DNA from: a virus | IMG/VR virus record: IMGVR_UViG_3300025137_000023 | Coordinates: 1 to 64,000 of that record | DNA: 64,000 bases | Reading direction: 5' to 3' (one strand) | The notes under the pieces: model-generated | What the model was told of the DNA's origin: nothing | Databases searched by the model: none | The model's input: only the letters and a program-made list of their open reading frames with translations | Shown: one piece after another, positions 1 to 9,242 of the stretch | Layout of the letters: each line of letters starts with the position of its first letter | Position numbering within the stretch: position 1 is the stretch's first letter | Program-made: the position numbers and the translations under genes

Positions 1-24
1 TCCTTTTGTTTAACTTACTTTATT

Positions 25-52
25 ATAATAACACAAAACGCCAATCTGTCAA
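25..52 (-). promoter_or_regulatory. sigma70-type early promoter (TTGACA-16-TGnTATTAT) firing leftward out of the window
   Basis: minus strand GGTTGACA N16 TATTAT with an extended TG; same pattern recurs at 40110-40137, 41313-41340 and 43087-43114. Confidence 0.65.
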
Positions 53-76
53 CCTTTTTACCGGTATTTTACCCAT

Positions 77-105
77 AAAAAAAGCCTTATAAAACAAGGC
101 TTTTT
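77..105. terminator. bidirectional intrinsic terminator
   Basis: AAAAAAAGCCTT-ATAAAAC-AAGGCTTTTT inverted repeat with A/T tails, downstream of the 138..626 ORF. Confidence 0.6.
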
Positions 106-137
106 AAACTTTTTTAATCTTTTTTAATTAAATTGTG

Positions 138-626
138 CTATTTGTACTCAAAGTTCTGTGTAGTTGAGCTAATTTTTATCAATTTTGCACCATTTCTTAT
201 GTGAAAATGTGTTGCCATTGGAGTCAATGGACTTAATGTTACCACACGTTTGATATGCGATAGTTCTTTATCAATATACTCTTTCAATTTAAGTATAATT
301 TCTCTACCAGCACCTCTCTTACGAGACCATACTGTATAGGCTATTGCTATTGTTGGATTGTTTTCTAAATTAGCAGTTTTACTCATTAGTTCCAGTTCCT
401 TTTCAGTTTCTGGCACTTCTTCAGTAAATGCTACACAAACAATACCTTCAATAGTATCTTCATACTTTAATCCGTAAATCTTTCTACCATAACTTGTTCT
501 AAACTCTAAGTCTAGTTTTGGTCTTACAGGATCTTCTGATACGTCGATTTCTTGTAGTTCAACTAGTTCGGTTCCTTTTATCCACCTAAAGAAGTCGTCT
601 ACCTTTTGATTATATTTCTTCAACAT
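138..626 (-). CDS. minimal malonyl-CoA decarboxylase-like / GNAT-fold protein
   Basis: motifs IAIAYTVWS, VVTLSP and FHIRNGAKL resemble MCD AVFYSIS, FVTLSP and FHLGNGARL. Confidence 0.5.
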   Translation of the reverse strand: MLKKYNQKVDDFFRWIKGTELVELQEIDVSEDPVRPKLDLEFRTSYGRKIYGLKYEDTIEGIVCVAFTEEVPETEKELELMSKTANLENNPTIAIAYTVWSRKRGAGREIILKLKEYIDKELSHIKRVVTLSPLTPMATHFHIRNGAKLIKISSTTQNFEYK

Positions 627-633
627 ATACTCT

Positions 634-867
634 CTATACTAGTTCTTCTAAGATGCCAAGTAACTCGGCAACAATTAATAATGCACCTGCCCACAAAAGG
701 TTCCCATAGAGGAGTGACCCTCCTGCGCCTATTCTTAAAACACTTTTGACCAAACTGACATAAAAATGGCCCTTGCTAGGATCTTTTGGGGCGGGTGATA
801 TCCCTTTAGGGGATTCTGTTTGTTCGCTAGGAACATAAACTCTTTCTGGTATTGGCATAGATGACAT
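634..867 (-). CDS. small membrane protein
   Basis: ORF with a hydrophobic C-terminal half; tightly packed in the operon. Confidence 0.6.
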   Translation of the reverse strand: MSSMPIPERVYVPSEQTESPKGISPAPKDPSKGHFYVSLVKSVLRIGAGGSLLYGNLLWAGALLIVAELLGILEELV

Positions 868-1182
868 TTAACCTCCGTAGTATGTAAATAAACCTATTAA
901 TAATATTGTCGTAAGTGTAGCATTCAACATAGTTAAGGCTCTATCATGCCAAAGCATTCCAACCCAAAACCATCCCATTGTGCCAATTAAACTAAACCAT
1001 AGATCTATTGCTGGAACTGTTCCGGCACTTCTAGCCGCAACGGCAATAAGAATAAAGAAACTTGCCGCCCACTTGATATACCAAGACAAGTCACCTTTAG
1101 GTGTTACTTTCTTAAAAACTCTTGTAGAGTTTAATTGCTTGATCTTATCGTCGAGCTTTTCTTTAATTGGTTCTATCGTCAT
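868..1182 (-). CDS. 3-TM membrane protein, paralog of 12744..12989
   Basis: three hydrophobic helices; W..VG.LW.(D/E)..L..LNA motif shared with 12744..12989. Confidence 0.65.
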   Translation of the reverse strand: MTIEPIKEKLDDKIKQLNSTRVFKKVTPKGDLSWYIKWAASFFILIAVAARSAGTVPAIDLWFSLIGTMGWFWVGMLWHDRALTMLNATLTTILLIGLFTYYGG

Positions 1183-1285
1183 TGTCCTTCTCTGTAATTT
1201 CTATAGCCTTGAAAATGACATACAGTACAATTCCTGAAACTAACATACCAAGAAAGAAAAGACCTATCCCGTAATCAACTGGCAT
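1163..1285 (-). CDS. 40-aa single-TM protein (not in ORF track)
   Basis: translated by hand: MPVDYGIGLFFLGMLVSGIVLYVIFKAIEITEKDNDDRTN; start overlaps the upstream stop (TAATG). Confidence 0.55.
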   Translation of the reverse strand: MPVDYGIGLFFLGMLVSGIVLYVIFKAIEITEKDNDDRTN

Positions 1286-1467
1286 TAACGTTTAACTCTA
1301 GTTCTACGTTTACTTGTCTGTGTCTTACGAGCAGATCTCTGTTTTTTCATATGCTTTTGTAACCAGTCCCAGTCTTTCTTTTCAACCATTGTACCGTCAT
1401 CAGCAATATGATAAACTACATCATTTTTATCAAGATTTTGAAAATCTTTTTTAACTTCATCAATCAT
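1285..1467 (-). CDS. hypothetical protein
   Basis: ORF coupled to its neighbours. Confidence 0.55.
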   Translation of the reverse strand: MIDEVKKDFQNLDKNDVVYHIADDGTMVEKKDWDWLQKHMKKQRSARKTQTSKRRTRVKR

Positions 1468-1663
1468 TGAAATCCGATCTAACTATATGTTTTCTCAATG
1501 CTCGAACAAGTTCTTCTATTTTATCAATTACAGAAATTAAACTTCTGTCTGTAATATACGATTGTTTTTCCCTTAACTTGTCATACTCTTTTAAAGGAAT
1601 AGTAACCGTACTTTGTTCGTTTTCAAACGTTGCATCATTGTCTCTATCATCAACACTTGTCAT
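1460..1663 (-). CDS. hypothetical protein
   Basis: ORF with AGGA RBS, in the operon. Confidence 0.6.
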   Translation of the reverse strand: MTSVDDRDNDATFENEQSTVTIPLKEYDKLREKQSYITDRSLISVIDKIEELVRALRKHIVRSDFND

Positions 1664-1669
1664 ATATTC

Positions 1670-2356
1670 CTATCTAGGAGCGAACTCCTGTTGTAGTTTG
1701 ATGTTATCCATGAACTCTTTTTTAGTGCCCATGTCTTCATTAAAAGCACCGTTAAGAACAGTAGTCTGTGTTAAACTACTGTGAGCCCCAATGCCTCTGT
1801 TCTCACAACAACCATGTGTTGCTTGAATATAAACACCTACGTTAGGACTTCCAGTTGCTGTCATTATCTCTTTAGCAATTACATTATTAAGTTCTTCTTG
1901 TAATGTTCCACGTCTTGCACACCATTGAGCAATTCGTGTATATTTAGATAAACCTATTAATTGATCTGCCGCGATAATTCCAATATATGCTACACCACTC
2001 ACTGGTTGGTGGTGATGAGAACACATACTTTTAATTTCACTTCTTACAACTAACATACCTTTATAACCATCTTCAACATGATTAGGAAATGCAGTTGCAT
2101 TAGGCATAGGATCATATCGTCCTGCCATTAGTTCATTGATATACATTTTAGCAAGTCGTCTGCCAGTATCCATACTATTGGGATCATTGTATCTATCGAT
2201 AACTAATCCATCTAATACTGATTCAAACTTTGGCGTAAGTTCATCGATAAGTTTCTGCTTATCGCCATCGTTTAAATACTTGCTAATATTATCTCCAGCC
2301 CAATGACGTCCGTTATCGGACTGAATTCTTTTTATTATTTCTTCACTTATAGTCAC
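1670..2356 (-). CDS. folE: GTP cyclohydrolase I
   Basis: SMCSHHHQP, IGLSKYTR, LQEEL, HGCCENRG and TKKEF motifs; GTG start with GGAGA RBS. Confidence 0.95.
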   Translation of the reverse strand: MTISEEIIKRIQSDNGRHWAGDNISKYLNDGDKQKLIDELTPKFESVLDGLVIDRYNDPNSMDTGRRLAKMYINELMAGRYDPMPNATAFPNHVEDGYKGMLVVRSEIKSMCSHHHQPVSGVAYIGIIAADQLIGLSKYTRIAQWCARRGTLQEELNNVIAKEIMTATGSPNVGVYIQATHGCCENRGIGAHSSLTQTTVLNGAFNEDMGTKKEFMDNIKLQQEFAPR

Positions 2357-2428
2357 TTTTTCTTCTCCTAGTTATACACGGCGAGACGTGTGTTATTGTT
2401 ATAGTTTACTACCTTATTTAGGTAAATG

Positions 2429-2632
2429 TCAACCAAAATATTTGTTCAACATTTCAAGTCTATCATGTGCAGTTGCCATCTTATCCAATTCTTTTTGAAT
2501 TGTTTCGATAATATCGGAATGTTCTCCAATTCCTACAACCTGTTGCATATATACTTCAATGTTGGCTTTATGAAGATCAATTTCTGCGTCGGCGTGTTTT
2601 TTAGCCGCATCAATTAGTGTTTGTCTCAACAT
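2429..2632 (-). CDS. conserved small phage protein (VGIGEHSDI type)
   Basis: ORF overlapping the end of the HIT gene. Confidence 0.65.
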   Translation of the reverse strand: MLRQTLIDAAKKHADAEIDLHKANIEVYMQQVVGIGEHSDIIETIQKELDKMATAHDRLEMLNKYFG

Positions 2633-2984
2633 AAGATCCTTTCCTGTAGTTGCCTTGTTCAGGAATAACGTGTCTTACGCCACCCCTGGGATCATCCATA
2701 TCGCCTTTGCGACGTGGAATCAAATGTATATGCGGATACTCGACAGTTTGTCCTGCTTCAACTCCAACATTTTGTCCAATGTTAAAACTGTCACAGTACT
2801 TTCTATCGACCCAATCGTATCCCCATTTATACGCCGCCTCCCAACACTTAACCATATGTTGCCAGTCTGCGACCTTAGGCACAAATAAAATGTGTCCTTC
2901 GGTTACTGGGTAGCCATCCTTAAAAACCGTAAATCCTTTAGCATCAAGTAAAATATCTTTCCATGGAATGTCTTTAAACTCCAT
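2610..2984 (-). CDS. HIT family hydrolase
   Basis: D.YPVT.GH.L.VPK, FNIGQNVG..AGQTV and HIHLIPRR histidine-triad motifs; probable start MEFKDIP at 2984. Confidence 0.9.
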   Translation of the reverse strand: MEFKDIPWKDILLDAKGFTVFKDGYPVTEGHILFVPKVADWQHMVKCWEAAYKWGYDWVDRKYCDSFNIGQNVGVEAGQTVEYPHIHLIPRRKGDMDDPRGGVRHVIPEQGNYRKGSYVETNTN

Positions 2985-4068
2985 CAACACTTTCCTTAAT
3001 TGTTTTATAAAGTTTTGTACCGTTAAAGAAATCATCTAATCTTGTTTTAAGCATATCATTTACGTCTTTATACTGTTCAAAATTTTCCATCATATCTTTA
3101 ATTTTGTCTGTTACTTCTGTAGGACTTTTTTCAAACCCTTCTAGTGTAACAGTTAATGCACTTGCATACTTCATTTCATCTGGATACATTTCAAAATAAC
3201 TTAATCTATTTGGTACTAATGGTAATGTATCAACCAAACAACCTTCGTATGCACTAATACCTAATGTTTCTTGTAAGTTAGCACTGAATACAATTTTTGC
3301 TTTACCTAGTAGTGTATGATATTCGTCTTTAGTAAGTTGTTTATCTTGACATACAACAAATTCATATTCTGGTAACAGTTCTTTTAGTTTAGCAAATATT
3401 TCAGGATTCTTTTCAGGTGCTACTCGATGTGGAAACAATATAATGTTTTCTTTCTTAATACCTTCATATGGCTTTAGTGTATCTTTTAAATACTCCATGG
3501 GCCAACCTACAATATGCATCTTACCTGTTTCTAAATTTTGATCAATATCTTTTGTATCAGTTAAGAAACTTTGTGCAAATAAATCTACATGGAAACGTGT
3601 AGCAAAGTAATTGTGATCATAACATTCAAACATACTTGCTTCTGCATAACGTACCCAAGGTTCAGCACCTATAAGTCTACCTAAAAAGTCTGCTGGATCA
3701 TAACTGCCGGCGTGCCACATACCACCAATTTTAATATTAATACCTAGTAGTTTTGCCATATACTTTAATTGTATAACAGTAGGATTCCAAGCATCAGTAT
3801 ACAGAAAGTAATCACCATCTTTAACTTTACCACTTGCTACCATGTCTGCTATTTGTAACATTTGCTGACTCTTATAACTGTTAGTTCCAGCAAAGTTTAA
3901 GAAAGCACCAGGCGTTGTTGTTTGAGGGACATCTCCTCCACTAATAACTTCTACGTTGTAATCTTCAGTACCTAAGTACTCAGACATTTGTATAGGTAAA
4001 TGTTTCTTCCATTGAGCCGTATATCTTGTTTCGACTGGCTCTAAGTCTACTATGTATATTGTTTTCAT
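2974..4068 (-). CDS. GT-B (GT4-like) glycosyltransferase
   Basis: ILFPHRVAPEK, and QETLGISAYEG matching the E-x7-E motif; probable start MKTIYIV at 4068. Confidence 0.75.
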   Translation of the reverse strand: MKTIYIVDLEPVETRYTAQWKKHLPIQMSEYLGTEDYNVEVISGGDVPQTTTPGAFLNFAGTNSYKSQQMLQIADMVASGKVKDGDYFLYTDAWNPTVIQLKYMAKLLGINIKIGGMWHAGSYDPADFLGRLIGAEPWVRYAEASMFECYDHNYFATRFHVDLFAQSFLTDTKDIDQNLETGKMHIVGWPMEYLKDTLKPYEGIKKENIILFPHRVAPEKNPEIFAKLKELLPEYEFVVCQDKQLTKDEYHTLLGKAKIVFSANLQETLGISAYEGCLVDTLPLVPNRLSYFEMYPDEMKYASALTVTLEGFEKSPTEVTDKIKDMMENFEQYKDVNDMLKTRLDDFFNGTKLYKTIKESVDGV

Positions 4069-4069
4069 A

Positions 4070-4450
4070 TTACTCATGTTCTCCACCAGGGTCGTTAGCC
4101 GGTAGGTTATATTTGTAAGGGTTACCTTTTTTATCCCTTAGGATCACATAGCCACGACCTCTGCCATATGAATGGTATCCTTTAATAAAGTTAAAAGATC
4201 CTGGACTACGTTCAGCGACCTTAAAAGTTGCTACAGTTATTACTATACCTGCAACAAACACCATATGTCCAATAGCACTAACACCAAATGCCCATACACT
4301 ATCTACAATTAATATTGCAAATATAGATGACCACATAAATGCTAGTATCTGCATCATCATATGTCTTACTTGCAAATCTGGAATATGTCTTAATGGGTTT
4401 TTGTTATGATCCATTATGCAGTTCCAAGATTCATAAATAAACTGCCTCAT
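4070..4450 (-). CDS. membrane protein
   Basis: two hydrophobic helices. Confidence 0.65.
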   Translation of the reverse strand: MRQFIYESWNCIMDHNKNPLRHIPDLQVRHMMMQILAFMWSSIFAILIVDSVWAFGVSAIGHMVFVAGIVITVATFKVAERSPGSFNFIKGYHSYGRGRGYVILRDKKGNPYKYNLPANDPGGEHE

Positions 4451-4656
4451 TACTTTCTGTAATTCCTTCTCATAGCCTTACCATCTCTTATCCATTGATT
4501 GTAAGGGCGTCTTTTGTTGGCAATACTTTTTTGCATATGCCCCCAAGGACTACTGTTGCGATCCAAATCTGCTTCGCTAAACGGATAACCGTTACTAACG
4601 CAGAACTGCCTATATTGATCAAGTCGATCAAAAATCTGCTCCATATGAGCCTTCAT
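4450..4656 (-). CDS. hypothetical protein
   Basis: ORF in the operon. Confidence 0.6.
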   Translation of the reverse strand: MKAHMEQIFDRLDQYRQFCVSNGYPFSEADLDRNSSPWGHMQKSIANKRRPYNQWIRDGKAMRRNYRK

Positions 4657-4661
4657 TGTGA

Positions 4662-5123
4662 TTAATCCTTCTTGTAATCATACTCTATTTGTGAACCATT
4701 TTCCCCGTCTTCACTAACTTCGATTTTCACAGAACGTTCGGGGTAACGTTCGCTAATTTGTTTAAATAGGTCATCACTTATCATTTCGCAAGACTTATAA
4801 TCAAGTTGTATAACATCTTCTTTATATAAGTTTTCTAACCAACGTTTAAATTGTATAAACTCTATATCTCTATCATCATGGAATACTTCGATAGCCACTT
4901 TAAAATGAAATATATGTCTATGCGGGTATCCTAAAAAACTAACATCATATTCGTCGCCAGTTGCTAGTTTAGGATCTTCTAATGCCGCAGGGTATTTATG
5001 AATACCTTCTTTTTTAAATGTTACCCAAATCATCTTACTTGAGTTTTGTAACTGCTTCTCTGTTGCGTCTTTAATAGCCGCCGCTCTCATTTCACTTATC
5101 ATATAATTATAATATTGCCCCAT
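4662..5123 (-). CDS. QueD-like T-fold protein, non-canonical (LxxxHRHxF; DpdL-like candidate)
   Basis: FLGYPHRHIF in place of QueD CxxxHGH; SCEMI and VSEDGENG correspond to QueD TAEN and VxET. Confidence 0.7.
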   Translation of the reverse strand: MGQYYNYMISEMRAAAIKDATEKQLQNSSKMIWVTFKKEGIHKYPAALEDPKLATGDEYDVSFLGYPHRHIFHFKVAIEVFHDDRDIEFIQFKRWLENLYKEDVIQLDYKSCEMISDDLFKQISERYPERSVKIEVSEDGENGSQIEYDYKKD

Positions 5124-5154
5124 CCATATTGACCTTTACAGTTGTTATTGTTAC

Positions 5155-5183
5155 AGTATACATAAAAACTCTAGTAAAGTCAA
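5155..5183 (-). promoter_or_regulatory. sigma70 promoter TTGACT-17-TATACT
   Basis: near-consensus hexamers upstream of the QueD-like gene. Confidence 0.65.
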
Positions 5184-5356
5184 GATTTACTTTTACTTAT
5201 TAACTCTTTAATTCTTAATTTTTCTTTCTTAAGTGCCAACAATTCTGATTTGCTTTTCCAACCTCTGTCGCCATTTCTAAGTTGTTCTGCTTCAGTTACT
5301 TGTCTTTTTAGATCTTTATGTTGTTTTCTAAGATCATCTGTTGTAGTTGCTATCAT
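5180..5356 (-). CDS. 58-aa coiled-coil protein, DUF465/YdcH-like (not in ORF track)
   Basis: translated by hand: MIATTTDDLRKQHKDLKRQV...LLALKKEKLRIKELISKSKS; GGAG RBS. Confidence 0.65.
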   Translation of the reverse strand: MIATTTDDLRKQHKDLKRQVTEAEQLRNGDRGWKSKSELLALKKEKLRIKELISKSKS

Positions 5357-5373
5357 TGTTTCCTCCTTAGGAT

Positions 5374-5928
5374 TTATTCAATGAATGTATCACCTGTGTA
5401 CTTGTCCCAATCCGAAAAGAATCGAGATTGTATAGCATCATCTAATGGCATACACCATACACCTGGATTTGTCTTGTTAAAGTCTACATCATCGAATTTT
5501 ATTGTGGCATTATGGCTATTCATATTCCATTGTTTCCAATAACCAAGTTTCAAACTCATCATAGGAATAAACTTCCTACTTTCAGTCCAGCCCATTTGTA
5601 ACATATCGTTACCATAAGTCATTAAATCAAAGTCTAGTGTTACCCACATATGAGCATCTAATAGACCTTTAATATAAGTGTCCCATGTCTTCCAGTCTTC
5701 GTCTGTTTTAGGAACAAACGTTGTGCCAGTTCCTAAATAGATATGAAATAGTTGAAGGTCTTTTGCATGATCCAAAGTTTTTTGTAAATCTTGTATACCA
5801 CATACAAACAAAGTTTGTTTACCATACATAGGAGTCTTCTCAACTTCTTTGTTCATAAAGAACTTTGCTTTATCAGTTGTAATAGTTCCACCGTCTTTAG
5901 TAGAATATGTTCTCATCATTTGTTTCAT
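5374..5928 (-). CDS. conserved hypothetical protein in the deazaguanine cluster
   Basis: ORF coupled to the MDR gene; motifs TLFV, HIY, DD.DF..TNPGVWC. Confidence 0.7.
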   Translation of the reverse strand: MKQMMRTYSTKDGGTITTDKAKFFMNKEVEKTPMYGKQTLFVCGIQDLQKTLDHAKDLQLFHIYLGTGTTFVPKTDEDWKTWDTYIKGLLDAHMWVTLDFDLMTYGNDMLQMGWTESRKFIPMMSLKLGYWKQWNMNSHNATIKFDDVDFNKTNPGVWCMPLDDAIQSRFFSDWDKYTGDTFIE

Positions 5929-6890
5929 GTGTTACCCTCTTGTTGCTTAACAATAGCCTGAGCTCGTTGCTCTTCGTATATCTTAAACATATGTTTCTCC
6001 CAAGTAATATAACCTCTGCTATATCCTATAGGTCTTTCTGAACCATCTTTAAATGCATTCTTCCAATCTATTTCTCTACTATAACTCTTTGTCCAAAAAC
6101 TATTAACATTTAATATACCATTAAAAATCATATTAACTGCATCTGTCATACAAAAATGAAAGTTTGGACTTCTAGGACTTGGAAATACCATACTTGCATT
6201 CTTCCAAAGTAAATTACTAAACGTTGTAGTGATACCTTTTTTCTCTGCCGCTAATACTACAGTTGCATTTTCATTTAATATATCTTGATCAAATACAAGT
6301 GTACTATCATCTTTTAAATCAATTACGATATCATACTTGCCATCGGGTTTATCCATTAACCTATCTTCCCAAAACTTTCTATTACTAGAACCTATTACAT
6401 TTATTTGATAGTTTGTATCTAAAGAATGTAACTTTTTGTATACCACTGTTGCTAGAAAGCCACTACCAATAATTAAAATACGTGGATCTTTAAGAATGTT
6501 TAGTTTGTCTATAATAGACATAACAATATTAAGACCACAAGCCACAGGCTCTACAATGTATTTAGGTTCAGCAGTAGGTACCTTTACATATTCCTGAGTT
6601 CTTACATTATAGTAATCAGCATAAGCAGGTTCACCTCTAGTAGCAACAAAGTCTCCTATACTAACATCATTAATATCTTTTCCTACCTTAGTTACTTGTC
6701 CTAGTCCTTCGTGTCCTTGCATATGTATTGGTAATGGACCAAAATTTCCATGCATCATATCAATATCACTTCTACAAACTCCAGTCATTAATGCCTTAAC
6801 TTCTATTTCACTAGAATTTATATCTGGCTTATTCCATTCGACTTCTTCGAATTTACCATTACCTGTTGTTTGTAATAGTTTTACTAACAT
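5925..6890 (-). CDS. Zn-dependent medium-chain (sugar/polyol) dehydrogenase
   Basis: GVCRSD, GHEGLGQV..VG, EPVAC and IIGSGF Rossmann motifs; probable start MLVKLLQT. Confidence 0.85.
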   Translation of the reverse strand: MLVKLLQTTGNGKFEEVEWNKPDINSSEIEVKALMTGVCRSDIDMMHGNFGPLPIHMQGHEGLGQVTKVGKDINDVSIGDFVATRGEPAYADYYNVRTQEYVKVPTAEPKYIVEPVACGLNIVMSIIDKLNILKDPRILIIGSGFLATVVYKKLHSLDTNYQINVIGSSNRKFWEDRLMDKPDGKYDIVIDLKDDSTLVFDQDILNENATVVLAAEKKGITTTFSNLLWKNASMVFPSPRSPNFHFCMTDAVNMIFNGILNVNSFWTKSYSREIDWKNAFKDGSERPIGYSRGYITWEKHMFKIYEEQRAQAIVKQQEGNT

Positions 6891-7759
6891 AGTTCTTCCA
6901 TTTGTTCGTGTATCCACATATCTTTTTTAAATTGATCTTCCCAATAAGTATCATTATGCAGGTTTTTCAGTCCAATGTCAATCATTCTTTTATATGCATC
7001 TTCTGGACATAACCCTAATTCTACACGTTCTACGTTACCTAGTATCTCAAAGTTCATACCAATATCATCATATAAATCAGTTTTCCAGTTAGCGATTAGG
7101 TTGTAATCGCAGAACTTTGTTTTAAATGTCATACCTGCTTCATCATCTACATCATATATACCTAAAGGATCTGCTACGCCGTAATCTGTATCAAGTAGTT
7201 CTTTTAATTTCCAATTACTTTTTGCTATCTTATCTGATGGAGGTGTTGTTTCGTAATTAGGATTGAATACTTGATACAGACTTAACAAGTGAGGAAGTAG
7301 GTCTCTACTTACACCACCGTATGCTAATTCTTTTGTTGTAAACCAAGAACCTGGATTAGGTACTCTATTTTTATTACACCAATTAATATCTACAACTCTA
7401 CTAGTTCTTGCCATATTGGCATACTCGTCAATGTTGTGTCTATATTGATTGTTCTTAACCATAGAGATTCTACACTCTGGAAAGTCATAATGTAAATCTG
7501 CCCATGCTTTACTAGATTCTAGTCCGGGCTTTTCAATAAACATTAAATGACACCATGGTGCAATAAATCTTGCTATGTCTTCGTGTGTATCATTTGGTGT
7601 ACAGATATGTACTGTATCATACATATCAATTGGAACTTCTTCAATAGTTCTAAAGTTTGCTGGTCTTTTAGGATCTACTGTTACAACGTCAATACCCATT
7701 TCTGTAAGTACTTTCATGTACAGTTGCCCTATACCCATTCCAACTATTAAACTTCTCAT
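6884..7759 (-). CDS. Gfo/Idh/MocA-family NAD(P) oxidoreductase
   Basis: IVGMGIG, VHICTPNDTH, IEKP and GG...DL.PH motifs; probable start MRSLIVG. Confidence 0.85.
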   Translation of the reverse strand: MRSLIVGMGIGQLYMKVLTEMGIDVVTVDPKRPANFRTIEEVPIDMYDTVHICTPNDTHEDIARFIAPWCHLMFIEKPGLESSKAWADLHYDFPECRISMVKNNQYRHNIDEYANMARTSRVVDINWCNKNRVPNPGSWFTTKELAYGGVSRDLLPHLLSLYQVFNPNYETTPPSDKIAKSNWKLKELLDTDYGVADPLGIYDVDDEAGMTFKTKFCDYNLIANWKTDLYDDIGMNFEILGNVERVELGLCPEDAYKRMIDIGLKNLHNDTYWEDQFKKDMWIHEQMEELC

Positions 7760-7766
7760 AATTTTC

Positions 7767-9230
7767 CTATGTAAATAAATTACTAAATTGTGCAGAACTG
7801 TTAACTGTCTTTTTGCCAACTGCTCCACGTGTACCAACGACTTTCATCCATAGTTTAGTATGTTCGTCGATAAGTGCTAGTGCTTTTTCTTTGCTATCTA
7901 ATTCAAATACTCTTGCAATAACATCTTTAACTTCACGTTTGTCAAATGTATCGTCTACAAGCATATTAGGATAATTGCCTTTATCATATTCTTGATTAGC
8001 AATCTGTACACTATTAATATGTGTGTATACGTTATGATTCATCATTAATGCATATGCAAAACTATCCCAACTAGTTTTAGTACTGACACCCATTCTGTTT
8101 ACATCATTAGGACCATATATACAAATATCATTTGCTTTTAATCCTTTTGTAATAGGAGTAGGCATCCATGTATGTCCATCTACTTGACTGAAATGTGCAT
8201 CACATAATTCATCATATGGAAACGTTTGTGTACTGTATGCTTTGTCATCTGGTGCACTAGACATCATATAACTCCACTTTTCATCTTGTACAGTTCTGTG
8301 TCCTGTATAAACTTGACCATTAGCAGTACATAGAAACGGACTAGCACAATCAAATGTTACAGTAAAGTTTTCATTATGATTCTTTCTAATACCACGTTGT
8401 ATTGCAGTAAGTACTAATGCCCATTCTAATTTACTTGTACCTAAGAAGTGCATTACATCATGTTTACCTTTTTCAAGTAAACCATCAAAACGAAGTTCTA
8501 CTACACGTTTCAATGCAAGATGTAAGTCACACATATTTTGTCCACCCATTGCCCAGCCATTAAAGTGTGCGTCAGGATATACTTTAGGATCACAATAGTG
8601 TTTCATCTGATTGTACCAATCATCTGCTTGTTGAAAGTTTTCACCTTGTAATACGTTTAAGAACTTACAATTACCATTTCTGTTCTTAATAAAATATTCG
8701 TTATTTTGTTGTGTGCCTTCTACTGCTTCTTGATACGAACTAATCTTACTTGCCGCGGCTCCTTCTGGAGAACGAGAAACCCAAGCCGGAATATCTAAAA
8801 TCATTCCGTAGTCCATAAATTTATCCATCCATCTTAAAACACCATCACGTTTTTTCTGTGCTTGTGGACAGCCACTGCCTTTACGCCAATCGCCTTCCCA
8901 CTTACCTTTACCAATCTGGAAGCCACCTGAATCACCAAGTAACCAACTAGTGTTTTTATCACGAACACGATACATATCTTCACGATACATATCCTTTACT
9001 AAATCTAGACTGGCGTGTCCTGCCGAGTGTAAACTCCACTTGTAACGCCATAAGCCCTCTGGTGCCAACCAGTTAATACTTTCTACGCCATGTTGTAAGA
9101 AACTTGGAACACGATTATAATCAATATACTCGTGTCTACGTTGCCTACCTACAAATAATGCATAAAAGGTACTGAGTGCCGGCAAAAAGAGTGCATAGTC
9201 TTTTTGTTCAGATGTAAGGTCTAGTTTCAT
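7767..9230 (-). CDS. TGT-fold DNA guanine transglycosylase (DpdA-like)
   Basis: DSGGFQ, ILDIP, LNVLQG, GWAMGG, HFLG and TFD motifs of the TGT barrel; no obvious CxCxxC Zn site of tRNA TGT; adjacent to clamp, polymerase and folE. Confidence 0.75.
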   Translation of the reverse strand: MKLDLTSEQKDYALFLPALSTFYALFVGRQRRHEYIDYNRVPSFLQHGVESINWLAPEGLWRYKWSLHSAGHASLDLVKDMYREDMYRVRDKNTSWLLGDSGGFQIGKGKWEGDWRKGSGCPQAQKKRDGVLRWMDKFMDYGMILDIPAWVSRSPEGAAASKISSYQEAVEGTQQNNEYFIKNRNGNCKFLNVLQGENFQQADDWYNQMKHYCDPKVYPDAHFNGWAMGGQNMCDLHLALKRVVELRFDGLLEKGKHDVMHFLGTSKLEWALVLTAIQRGIRKNHNENFTVTFDCASPFLCTANGQVYTGHRTVQDEKWSYMMSSAPDDKAYSTQTFPYDELCDAHFSQVDGHTWMPTPITKGLKANDICIYGPNDVNRMGVSTKTSWDSFAYALMMNHNVYTHINSVQIANQEYDKGNYPNMLVDDTFDKREVKDVIARVFELDSKEKALALIDEHTKLWMKVVGTRGAVGKKTVNSSAQFSNLFT

Positions 9231-9242
9231 TAACTAACCCCT

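Noticed and set aside
7767-9230. Ordinary tRNA-guanine transglycosylase (tgt)
   Set aside because: The protein is longer and divergent, lacks the evident CxCxxC Zn motif and is embedded in the DNA replication operon; DpdA-like is favoured but not proven.
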